Shown here in pieces: positions 41,374-49,296 of a stretch of DNA of 64,000 nucleotides (the stretch's first letter is position 1; every line of letters starts with the position of its first letter). The position numbers and the translations under genes were made by a program. The DNA comes from Actinomycetota bacterium (GTDB lineage Bacteria; Actinomycetota; Actinomycetes; S36-B12): contig WLOK01000001.1 of the NCBI GenBank assembly GCA_009699315.1, positions 18,216 to 82,215 of the forward strand, in the 5' to 3' direction. The notes below the pieces were generated by a model. That model was not told the origin of the DNA and did not search any database. It saw only the letters and a program-made list of their open reading frames with translations.

Positions 41374-42681
41374 CTAGGCCGAACGCAGGAACGTGTCCAT
41401 AACCTTCACCCCAAAGCGAAGAGCATCAATCGGTACGCGCTCATCAACGCCGTGGAACATCGCCGCAAAATTCAGGTCGGCCGGGAGCCGAAGCGGAGCG
41501 AAACCATAGCCAGCGATTCCGAGTCGCGAGAAAGCCTTTGCATCCGTTCCAGCTGGCACCATGTAGGGAAGCGTGATGGCACCCGGGTCCTCGGTCCGCA
41601 GGGCCTCCGTCATACGCGCAACCAGTGGCACATCGAAGTCGGCTTCAATTGCCACATCGCCATGTTCTAGGTGCACTTCCACCTTCTCGCCAGCCAAGCG
41701 GGCAATCTCGGAGATGAACTTCGCCTCATGACCAGGTAGATAGCGCCCATCGATAAGGGCTTCAGCTCGTTCGGGAATCACATTGTGCTTATAGCCAGCC
41801 CGAAGCACTGTCGGATTTGCACTACTTCGCATTGAGGCTTCAATGAGCGGCCCCAACGCCGTACTCACAGCCGCCACCTGATCTTCCAATGAACCAGACT
41901 CACCGAGCATCGCAGCAACCTCGCGCACGAGCCGCTGCGTCGTAGACGTCAACTCGAGCTCGAATGTGTGCTCACCAATCCGTGCAACTGCTCGAGCCAA
42001 TTCAGTGATTGCGTTGTCATCGTTGGTCAAAGAACCATGACCGGCTCGACCACGCGCGAGCAACCGCATCCACGCAATGCCGCGCTCTGCGGTCTGGATC
42101 AGGTACACGCGTTTGTCGTTGAGAGACACCGAGAAACCACCGACTTCGCCCACAGCCTGAGTGGCACCTCGGAAAAACTCAGGTCGGTTGTCCACTAGCC
42201 AATGCGCCCCTAGCCGGCCGCCGGCCTCTTCATCAGGGGTGAAGGCGACCGCGATCGTGCGCCGCGGCTTAACACCGCTGCGAGCCCACTCACGTAGCAC
42301 GGCGATGATCGTGGCATCGGTGTCCTTCATGTCCACAGCACCACGACCCCACACCATGCCGTCAACGACCTCAGCCTCGAATGGCGCAACTGTCCAATCA
42401 GCCGGATCTGCAGGCACCACATCGAGGTGTCCATGCAACAAAAGTACGTCCGCTTCGGGATCAGTTCCCTCGATCGTCAGCAGAACACCTTCACGTCGAG
42501 GTGCAGTTTCGAATCGTTCACACGAGTAGCCCATGTCACCCAGACTCGCGGCTACATACTCCGCGGCTTCGGCCTCTCCCACCGTCTCTGGAGTGCCGTT
42601 ATTGGTCGTGTCGATCCGAATCAGATCCCGAAGGATTGACACAGCCTCGGTCTCCATGACGGATGGGGCGAGTTCGCTCAT
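41374..42681 (-). CDS. M20/M25/M40 family metallopeptidase (DapE/ArgE-like)
   Basis: 'LLLHGHLDVVP' and 'WGRGAVDMK' are M20 metal-binding and catalytic motifs. I placed the start at the ATG at 42679-42681 ('MSELAPS'); this start is uncertain. Confidence 0.85.
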   Translation of the reverse strand: MSELAPSVMETEAVSILRDLIRIDTTNNGTPETVGEAEAAEYVAASLGDMGYSCERFETAPRREGVLLTIEGTDPEADVLLLHGHLDVVPADPADWTVAPFEAEVVDGMVWGRGAVDMKDTDATIIAVLREWARSGVKPRRTIAVAFTPDEEAGGRLGAHWLVDNRPEFFRGATQAVGEVGGFSVSLNDKRVYLIQTAERGIAWMRLLARGRAGHGSLTNDDNAITELARAVARIGEHTFELELTSTTQRLVREVAAMLGESGSLEDQVAAVSTALGPLIEASMRSSANPTVLRAGYKHNVIPERAEALIDGRYLPGHEAKFISEIARLAGEKVEVHLEHGDVAIEADFDVPLVARMTEALRTEDPGAITLPYMVPAGTDAKAFSRLGIAGYGFAPLRLPADLNFAAMFHGVDERVPIDALRFGVKVMDTFLRSA

Positions 42682-42762
42682 CCCCCCATCCTGCCCGGTC
42701 GACCCCGCCAGCGGGCGGTGCACCGGGCCGAATCGTGGGTTGTTATCCTTCACGCACACCTT

Positions 42763-42849
42763 GTCCGGGTGGCGGAATAGGCAGACGCGCTAGCTTGAGG
42801 TGCTAGTGCCCGAAAGGGCATGGGGGTTCAAGTCCCCCCTCGGACACCA
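42763..42849 (+). tRNA. tRNA-Leu (anticodon GAG), class II, CCA encoded
   Basis: 87 nt. The acceptor stem is GTCCGGG/CTCGGAC. The anticodon stem is CTAGC/GCTAG with loop TTGAGGT. It has a long variable arm (TGCCCGAAAGGGCAT), the T arm GGGGG-TTCAAGT-CCCCC, A73 and CCA. Confidence 0.93.
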
Positions 42850-42893
42850 CAGCAGGACTGCGGCACCAGGGAAACGCGATCACCTGTCAAGAT

Positions 42894-43610
42894 GTGCGGG
42901 TGTCATCAGACGCTGCTTACGACTCTCTCGTTGCCGAAGGTCGGCAAATCCTCAATGGGTTGAGGATCGGACGGCCGGGGCGAAGCCGGCTTTATTGGAT
43001 GCTCTTCCCACCCGCGCAAGTCCTTCGCCTCCGATATCGGATCTGTGTTCATGGACGCGCCCACGTGAAGCCGGGTCCGGCGATTCTGGTCGGTAACCAC
43101 CTTTCTTTGCTAGATCCGGTGCTGGTGGGCCTTGCCAATCGATTCCGGGTCACGTTCTTCACAAAGGTTGAAGTTTTCGAGCGAATCGGTGCAGTCTTCT
43201 TCCGCTGGACCGGACAGATTCCGATACGTAGGGGCGACGAAACCTCAACAAAATGGGCACTGACGATGGCCGCTGACTCGGTGTCGCAGGGAGCCAAACT
43301 TTCGATTTATCCCGAGGGGACGCGCTCGGAAGACGGCGTAACACTGCATCGTCTACATCGTCGAGTACTTATTCCGGTGTTGCAGTCGAATCCGACTGTT
43401 CCAGTGCATGCAATGACCATCGCCTATACCGATAGACGCCTATGGCGCCGGAACGTAGAGATTCGCTTTTCCGAGTGCCTCGCTATTGATCTTGAAGAAT
43501 CTGCCAACGACATCACTCAGGGAATCACCGAAGCACTGCTCGCACTCGGTGGCATGCCGTACGAGCACACCTTCTCGCGAATTCGCACCAGCCACCACGA
43601 GTCAGCCTGA
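42894..43610 (+). CDS. Lysophospholipid acyltransferase (PlsC/AGPAT family)
   Basis: 238 aa. The HX4D motif is 'GNHLSLLDP' and the 'YPEGTRS' motif is present. The start is the GTG at 42894, or the internal ATG at 'MLFPP'. The stop TGA shares one base with the next gene's ATG (TGATG). Confidence 0.8.
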   Translation: MRVSSDAAYDSLVAEGRQILNGLRIGRPGRSRLYWMLFPPAQVLRLRYRICVHGRAHVKPGPAILVGNHLSLLDPVLVGLANRFRVTFFTKVEVFERIGAVFFRWTGQIPIRRGDETSTKWALTMAADSVSQGAKLSIYPEGTRSEDGVTLHRLHRRVLIPVLQSNPTVPVHAMTIAYTDRRLWRRNVEIRFSECLAIDLEESANDITQGITEALLALGGMPYEHTFSRIRTSHHESA

Positions 43611-44332
43611 TGGTCACTCGAATCGCGCCAACTCCCAGTGGCTTCCTGCATGCAGGTAATCGTTACAACTTCCGTCTCACCGCAAACCTTGCCGAAGAAC
43701 ACGAAATCCCTCTCGCGCTTCGAATAGACGATGTCGATGCCGCGCGGTATCAATCGGTCTACGCGGACGATATCTTCAACGTTCTTCACGACCTAAATAT
43801 CGCCTGGTCCATAGGTCCGCGCGACACTGCCGACTTCGAGGCTCACTGGTCTCAACGCCAGAAAACCAATTACTACCGCGCCGAACTCGCGCTTTTGCGT
43901 AACTCGTCGGTCGAAACATACGCATGTCGTTGTAGCCGGTCCATGATCAGCTCAGTTCCGTCAGGTGGCTGTCCCGGCCAATGCCGTACGGCTCAACACG
44001 AGCTCGTCGCCCACGAGTCCGCCTTGCGAGTGCATGTGCCCATTGGCACGACGATCTCTGTCAACGACGTGGAGGTACATCTGGACTCGGAATTGGGCGA
44101 TTTCGTCATTTGGCGCCGCGATGATCTGCCCGCCTATCAATTGGTCTCGGTGATCGAGGATCGAGATCTAGGCACAACCCACATCGTCCGAGGCGAGGAT
44201 TTGCTGACATCTACAGCCGCTCAGATCTTCATCGCGTCGAGTCTTGGTGCCGAGAATCTCGGGACGGCGCACTATGTGCATCACCCATTACTAACCGACG
44301 CCTCTGGAGCCAAACTTTCCAAATCACGGTAG
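43610..44332 (+). CDS. GluQRS-like truncated class I aminoacyl-tRNA-synthetase paralogue (Glu-tRNA ligase catalytic core only)
   Basis: 240 aa. 'RIAPTPSGFLHAGN' is a HIGH-type motif. The Cys cluster 'CRC-x12-C-x3-C' is present. 'KLSKS' sits at residues 235-239, with the stop after residue 240. There is no anticodon-binding domain. Confidence 0.75.
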   Translation: MVTRIAPTPSGFLHAGNRYNFRLTANLAEEHEIPLALRIDDVDAARYQSVYADDIFNVLHDLNIAWSIGPRDTADFEAHWSQRQKTNYYRAELALLRNSSVETYACRCSRSMISSVPSGGCPGQCRTAQHELVAHESALRVHVPIGTTISVNDVEVHLDSELGDFVIWRRDDLPAYQLVSVIEDRDLGTTHIVRGEDLLTSTAAQIFIASSLGAENLGTAHYVHHPLLTDASGAKLSKSR

Positions 44333-44411
44333 GGCGGGCAGCCTTCGCACAGGTGACATAGGGAACTTCACTCTTCGAGAATTTCGGGTGTGAAAGTGGC
44401 AGAGTGGCTAT

Positions 44412-44714
44412 ATGGACATCAACGGCCAACGCCTCAATAGTCATCATCGCGACACCGTGGAACACATCTTCCGCCATCCAATCAGCCACAACGTCCGCTG
44501 GGTTGACGTCGTGTCTCTCCTTAACGCTGTTGCGGAGACAGAGGAGCGTCACGACGGTCGATTCAAGGTCGCGCTTGGTGAGGAAATCCACGTCTTCGAT
44601 CCGCCCCGCCACAAGGACATCGACACGGAGATGCTGGTGGACGTCCGTCGCATGCTCAAGAGCGCGGGCTTTGGTCCCCAGTCGGGAGCCGCCGAGGAAT
44701 CCCCGGCGGAGTAG
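44412..44714 (+). CDS. Small hypothetical protein, possibly HicA-family-like
   Basis: 100 aa. 'NSHHRDTVEHIFRHP..NVRWVDVVSLLNAV' and 'HVFDPPRHKDIDTEMLVDVRRMLKSAGF' remind me of extended HicA-type toxins (C-terminal P.H.K[DE]...L...L..AG). That is a memory-based resemblance only. I am fairly confident it is a real gene and much less confident of the family. Confidence 0.5.
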   Translation: MDINGQRLNSHHRDTVEHIFRHPISHNVRWVDVVSLLNAVAETEERHDGRFKVALGEEIHVFDPPRHKDIDTEMLVDVRRMLKSAGFGPQSGAAEESPAE

Positions 44715-44726
44715 GCGCGCGTACTC

Positions 44727-45200
44727 GTGGAGATTTCGCTTCTACCCCTCACCCGTGACATCGCTGGCCGCATCACCGAAATGGAACTGGCGGGATTTCC
44801 TATCGCTCCCGATTTTCCGAGTGACGGCGATCTTGTGATTGCAGGCTTTGTGGCGAGTGGCGATATTTCACTCGTCACCGAAGGATGGCCGTGGGGGCCT
44901 TGGCTTATCGAGACGGCAGGACTGGTCGTCGGAAGCGCCGGCTTCAAGGGTGCACCCATCGGCGGACTGACAGAAATCGGGTACGGCGTCTGTGAATCTC
45001 AACGAAGACGTGGCATCGCGACCGCGGCGGTTCGACGACTTATCGACTTGGCCCGCGAGAAGAACATTCTAGGCCTGACGGCAGAAACCGACACCGACAA
45101 CCATGCGAGTCACGCCGTGCTGCGCCACTGCAACTTCATACCCGACAACGCCGCCGAGCCCGTGTGGTGGCGCCTAGACCTTGGGATAGTTCAGTTGTGA
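44727..45200 (+). CDS. GNAT family N-acetyltransferase (RimJ/RimL-like)
   Basis: 157 aa. Motif A is 'QRRRGIATAAVRRL' and the 'NHASHAVLRHCNF' tail is present. The GTG start is 12 nt after the preceding stop. Confidence 0.8.
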   Translation: MEISLLPLTRDIAGRITEMELAGFPIAPDFPSDGDLVIAGFVASGDISLVTEGWPWGPWLIETAGLVVGSAGFKGAPIGGLTEIGYGVCESQRRRGIATAAVRRLIDLAREKNILGLTAETDTDNHASHAVLRHCNFIPDNAAEPVWWRLDLGIVQL

Positions 45201-45451
45201 TTTTGGTTGGACTTACCGCGAACCTTGCGCGAAAGTGATCGAATCGCCCCGCCAAACACCATTCCGAGAAGGAACGCGATCGCGAGCCAAATCCACATAG
45301 GCAGAGTCCACGGACCCCACCCCAGAATCTTAAAGTCACCTGCCTGCATGTTCGAGAAGATGAAGATCGCCGCAACGATCGCAACGACGATAATGAGAAT
45401 GAGCCGTCCGAGCGGCATCTTCTTCTTGGTCGAGCCCACCTGCGTGTCCAT
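45191..45451 (-). CDS. LapA-domain (DUF1049-like) small membrane protein
   Basis: 86 aa with two TMs ('LILIIVVAIVAAIFIF' and 'WIWLAIAFLLGMVFGG') and a basic tail. AGGAGG lies upstream of the ATG. The 3' end overlaps the convergent GNAT gene by 10 nt. Confidence 0.7.
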   Translation of the reverse strand: MDTQVGSTKKKMPLGRLILIIVVAIVAAIFIFSNMQAGDFKILGWGPWTLPMWIWLAIAFLLGMVFGGAIRSLSRKVRGKSNQNHN

Positions 45452-45502
45452 GTCGCCTCCTAAGAGCCCCCACAGTAGGACGAAACACCTTGGATTGGCG
45501 GT

Positions 45503-45528
45503 CGACTCACCGAAATCTCGATGAGTCG
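45503..45528. promoter_or_regulatory. 7-bp inverted repeat (CGACTCA-n12-TGAGTCG) in the lapA-like/enoyl-CoA hydratase divergent region
   Basis: Read directly from the sequence: 45503-45509 is cgactca and 45522-45528 is tgagtcg. The function is unknown. Confidence 0.2.
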
Positions 45529-45573
45529 TCCCCCAATGACACTACGTTTCCTAGGTCTGTCAGCATTTCGGAC

Positions 45574-46371
45574 ATGGCTATCGAAACCCCAAATGAATCC
45601 CCGGTGCTGTACGAGGTTCGTGATCGCGTGGCCCTCATCACTTTGAATCGACCAAGTGCTCTCAATGCACTGACCCCCGAGATGGGCGATCACTACGTCA
45701 CCCGCCTGCGCGAAGCGGACGCTGACCCCAACGTACGAGTAGCAGTGGTCACCGGCGCTGGGCGCGGATTCTGCGCCGGAGCTGACGTCGGATTGTTGGC
45801 CCAGGGGCCAGAGGCGCTCGATGCGTTCTCAGTTGGCGACAACATGTCAGCGTTGCCGACCCTGATCTCAACCTTGAGCATCCCGGTCGTTGCAGCTGTG
45901 AATGGACCAGCAGCAGGAGTTGGGTTCGTCTTGCCCTTGGCTGCAGACGTTCGCTTTGCCGCACCCACCGCGACTTTCGCATCCATGTTCAGTCGCCTTG
46001 GACTCATCGCCGAATACGGTTGCGCATGGCTACTGCCACGAATTGTCGGTCCAGCGCGCGCTTCGGAATTGCTCCTGAGTGGTCGATCTGTGTCTGCTGA
46101 CGAAGCTCTTGCAATTGGTCTTGTCACTAGCGTCTCAGATGATGTCGTCGCCACCGCAATGGATTGGGCAAATAATGTTGCAGCGCACTGCTCACCGAAG
46201 TCCCTACGTGCGATAAAGGCTCAATTGCTCGAAGGCCAGTCTCAAACCTTCTCGGAGGCAGGCGCGCAATCACTCATCGGGATGCGCGAGTCATTCCGAT
46301 GGCCGGATCTGCTCGCCGCACTGGCAGGACGTGCAGAAAAGCGTTCACCAAATTTTCCGCCGCTGGACTAA
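45574..46371 (+). CDS. Enoyl-CoA hydratase/isomerase (crotonase) family protein
   Basis: 'VALITLNRPSALNAL' and 'GAGRGFCAGADV' are crotonase-fold motifs. I placed the start at the ATG at 45574 ('MAIETPNESPVLYE'). The upstream TTG in the ORF track is considered unlikely. Confidence 0.85.
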   Translation: MAIETPNESPVLYEVRDRVALITLNRPSALNALTPEMGDHYVTRLREADADPNVRVAVVTGAGRGFCAGADVGLLAQGPEALDAFSVGDNMSALPTLISTLSIPVVAAVNGPAAGVGFVLPLAADVRFAAPTATFASMFSRLGLIAEYGCAWLLPRIVGPARASELLLSGRSVSADEALAIGLVTSVSDDVVATAMDWANNVAAHCSPKSLRAIKAQLLEGQSQTFSEAGAQSLIGMRESFRWPDLLAALAGRAEKRSPNFPPLD

Positions 46372-46375
46372 CGCA

Positions 46376-46912
46376 CTAAGGCAGTCGGGCACCGGCCGCG
46401 AGTGCCAGTCGCACTAGTCGACCTTGACCCCCGGTCATCTCCGCCTGCATCTGATCGCTCGCAGCTTGCTCCGGGGTCACCCAGATGAGATCAAGTGCGT
46501 CCTGCGAAGGGGCGCAATCCCCCGCCACTGGGACAATGAAAGCTAGACCGACTGCGTGTTGGCGTGGATCGTGGAATCCCGTCACAGTCGGGTCAGGGAA
46601 GTACTCCACGACTGTGAACGGCGTCAGGATAACCGGCACTCGCGGGAGCGCGACGGACCCAAGGTCCTTTTCGATATGCCGAAGCAAAGCGGCGCGAATA
46701 CGTTCGCCGTACAGCACGCGGCCCGTCACGATCGCTCGACTAATTGTGCCGTCAGGCATTCCGCGCAGCAGCAAACCGACCTCACGGATTTCGCCATCTT
46801 CGGTGGTGCGCACGGGTACGGCATTGACATACACCATGGGAACGCGCTCTCGCGCACTTCTCAAGTCGTCGTCCGACAGCCACGAACTCGAGGTCTCCAG
46901 CAAATCTTCCAT
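46376..46912 (-). CDS. Nudix-fold protein with a degenerate Nudix box
   Basis: 'GRVLYGERIRAALLRHIEKDLG' fits GX5EX7R..., but the REUXEE glutamates are replaced (RHIEKD). I placed the start at the ATG at 46910-46912, after AGGGAGG. Confidence 0.5.
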   Translation of the reverse strand: MEDLLETSSSWLSDDDLRSARERVPMVYVNAVPVRTTEDGEIREVGLLLRGMPDGTISRAIVTGRVLYGERIRAALLRHIEKDLGSVALPRVPVILTPFTVVEYFPDPTVTGFHDPRQHAVGLAFIVPVAGDCAPSQDALDLIWVTPEQAASDQMQAEMTGGQGRLVRLALAAGARLP

Positions 46913-46973
46913 GTGTACCGCCTCCCTTAGGCATGTTCCCACAGGAGTTACTCGAGCCGGGTATTGTGCGTTC

Positions 46974-47420
46974 ATGAGTTCCGACGAGACCCTCCCCCGT
47001 ACCCGTCCTGACGGTTCGCCCTACCCGGGCGTGAGGTCCGAGGACGAATGGCGGGCCACTCTTGATCCGCAGAGTTACCACGTACTCCGTGAAGCTGGCA
47101 CCGAGCCGGCCTGGTCGGGCGAGTATGTATCCACCAAGACCACAGGCACCTACTCGTGCCGGGCGTGTGGGGTCGAGTTGTTTCGCTCCGGAGAGAAATT
47201 CGAGTCCCACTGCGGCTGGCCATCGTTTTGGTCCCCGCTCGCCGGCGACGCGGTCATCGAAATCGAGGATGTCAGTCACGGCATGCGACGAGTCGAGGTG
47301 AGGTGCGCCTCCTGCGGTAGCCACCTGGGCCACGTCTTCTCCGGTGAGGGCTATGGGACACCGACCGACCTGCGCTACTGCATTAACTCCGTGTGCTTGA
47401 CCCTCGACTCTCAGGTGTGA
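46974..47420 (+). CDS. msrB: Peptide-methionine (R)-S-oxide reductase
   Basis: 148 aa from the ATG at 46974. The SelR domain has two CxxC pairs ('CRACGVELF' and 'CASCGSHLGHVF') and 'HCGWPSF'. The long upstream part of the ORF-track ORF is antisense to the Nudix-like gene and was rejected. Confidence 0.93.
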   Translation: MSSDETLPRTRPDGSPYPGVRSEDEWRATLDPQSYHVLREAGTEPAWSGEYVSTKTTGTYSCRACGVELFRSGEKFESHCGWPSFWSPLAGDAVIEIEDVSHGMRRVEVRCASCGSHLGHVFSGEGYGTPTDLRYCINSVCLTLDSQV

Positions 47421-47478
47421 CTGACCCTCTGCGGCGAGCCTTCACTCCAGTCACACCTGTCACACGTAGGCTGACGCA

Positions 47479-48042
47479 GTGACCTTGGCCATGGATACTC
47501 CTGCAGATTTCCAGCGCACTCTGGCTGGACTGCGAGCGTTGTCCTTGCGCTCGGAGATCTCCTACACGGAGATTCCTGCTCCAGGACGTTTAGCGCCATT
47601 CTCAGTCGCCCTATCCGGCGAGATCATCAATGGATCTGACGAGGAATTAGGCAGCGGACGTTTCATCGTTTTACACGATCCCAATGGCGTGGACGAATGG
47701 GATGGCGAGTTTCGCGTCGTGAGTTTCGTGCGGGCGGTTGTTGAGCAAGATCTGGCCAGTGACCCGATGATGACCGACGTCGGCTGGAGTTGGCTAGACG
47801 AGTCCCTTCGTGGTGTGAACTATCGGTGCCTAGGCGGCACGGTGACTCAGACCAGCTCCGTGTCTTACGCAGACCTTGCCAGTCGAGTTCCCGAGGGCAT
47901 CGTCGAAATACGCGCTTCTTGGACCCCGACTGACGCGGACCTCGTACCGCATGCAGAAGCGTGGGCGCAATTGCTTGCTCAGGCGTGCGGACTCCCCCCA
48001 CTGCCACCCGGCGTCGCGCATATTCGCCCGGGTGGCCGCTGA
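47479..48042 (+). CDS. DUF3000-like conserved actinobacterial protein
   Basis: 187 aa. 'EIPAPGRLAPFSVALSGE' and its position directly upstream of rnd match what I recall of the DUF3000 family. The start is the GTG at 47479 or the ATG at 47491. Confidence 0.6.
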   Translation: MTLAMDTPADFQRTLAGLRALSLRSEISYTEIPAPGRLAPFSVALSGEIINGSDEELGSGRFIVLHDPNGVDEWDGEFRVVSFVRAVVEQDLASDPMMTDVGWSWLDESLRGVNYRCLGGTVTQTSSVSYADLASRVPEGIVEIRASWTPTDADLVPHAEAWAQLLAQACGLPPLPPGVAHIRPGGR

Positions 48043-49296
48043 GTGACTGAGCCGGTACTTCTCACGGAACCTCGTGAGGGACTTCCTGATGTCGTCAGCG
48101 ATTCAGTCGGTCTCTCCGAAGCTATTTCGGCTCTCGCCAATGGCACGGGCCCCATCGCGATAGATGCCGAACGCGCCTCCGGGTTTCGGTACGGACAGCG
48201 CGCCTATCTACTTCAGCTTCGGCGTCATGGCTCAGGCACCTGGCTGATCGATCCCATTGATTTCTCTACTCTCGCTCCCCTGCGCGATGCGATCTCGAGC
48301 GAAGAATGGATTCTCCACTCTTCGCTGCAAGATTTGCCATGCATGCGTGAGCTCGACCTGACTCCCACACGCCTGTTTGACACAGAGCTTGCTGCGCGAA
48401 TCCTCGGACGGCCTAAGGTCGGTCTTGCCGCGCTAGTCGAATCAGAACTGGGTCTAATTCTCGAGAAGGGCCACTCAGCGGCCGATTGGTCAACGCGACC
48501 ACTACCTGAGTCATGGATTCGTTACGCAGCACTCGATGTCGAGGTGCTCATTGAACTTCGTGACCTTCTGCACGCTGAACTCATAGAGACCGGTCGGTGG
48601 GAATGGGCCGAGGCCGAGTTTGCGTACATCACCTCACTGCCGAGCGCCGAACCACGTAAAGACCCTTGGCGTCGCACTTCAGGTATGCACCGTCTCCGCA
48701 AGCCGCGCCAGCTAGCGATCATCCGCGAATTGTGGACGGTGCGCGAAGATGTGGCTCGGGAGCGCGACGTGAGTCCGGGCAGGATCGTCAACGACGACAC
48801 TCTTGTGGCAATTGCGACCGATCCACCTGCCACTAGCGCGGACATGCATGATCTTCCCGGTTTTCGTAGGCGCGGCGCATCGCGATACGTGACCACACTG
48901 TGGTCGGCCCTGCAAACGGCATTGGCACTGCCCGATGAGGATCTACCCGTACACAACCCACCTCACGAGGGACCGCCTCCACCCCGCATCTGGCGCGAAC
49001 GCGACCCACAGGCTGCAGCGAGACTTGCGGCCTGTCGTGAGGAGATCATCCAGATCGCAGAGACGCTCGGAATGCCTGCGGAAGTTCTCATCCCCCCAGA
49101 GTCGGTTCGGCAGCTCGCGTGGCGTCCACCCGATGAGATCACGGTGGATTCCATCTCTCAGCTCCTCGCATTCCACGGCGCTCGTCCGTGGCAGATCACG
49201 CTTGTGGCTGGCCCGCTTGAAGCAGCCCTAGTCGCTGAGCCAGAGGAGCAAGAATCTCAGGAAGTCGCAGAGTCAGATTCAGTGGATATTTCCTGA
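48043..49296 (+). CDS. rnd: Ribonuclease D-like 3'-5' exonuclease with HRDC domain
   Basis: 417 aa. The DEDD exonuclease motifs are '[22 protein letters not shown]' and 'YAALDVEVL', and an HRDC-like region follows. The GTG start directly follows the previous stop. Confidence 0.88.
   Translation: MTEPVLLTEPREGLPDVVSDSVGLSEAISALANGTGPIAIDAERASGFRYGQRAYLLQLRRHGSGTWLIDPIDFSTLAPLRDAISSEEWILHSSLQDLPCMRELDLTPTRLFDTELAARILGRPKVGLAALVESELGLILEKGHSAADWSTRPLPESWIRYAALDVEVLIELRDLLHAELIETGRWEWAEAEFAYITSLPSAEPRKDPWRRTSGMHRLRKPRQLAIIRELWTVREDVARERDVSPGRIVNDDTLVAIATDPPATSADMHDLPGFRRRGASRYVTTLWSALQTALALPDEDLPVHNPPHEGPPPPRIWRERDPQAAARLAACREEIIQIAETLGMPAEVLIPPESVRQLAWRPPDEITVDSISQLLAFHGARPWQITLVAGPLEAALVAEPEEQESQEVAESDSVDIS

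Noticed and set aside
44404-44838. 144-aa + strand ORF overlapping the HicA-like and GNAT genes in another frame
   Set aside because: It bridges two better-supported ORFs and is Ser/Thr/Ala/Arg-rich with no motifs. The two separate genes each have recognisable sequence patterns.
42763-45451. The tRNA-Leu-adjacent stretch considered as an integrated mobile element or genomic island
   Set aside because: I could find no integrase, recombinase or transposase gene. By eye there is no direct repeat of the tRNA 3' end downstream. I kept only the weaker statement of possible lower GC (see findings).
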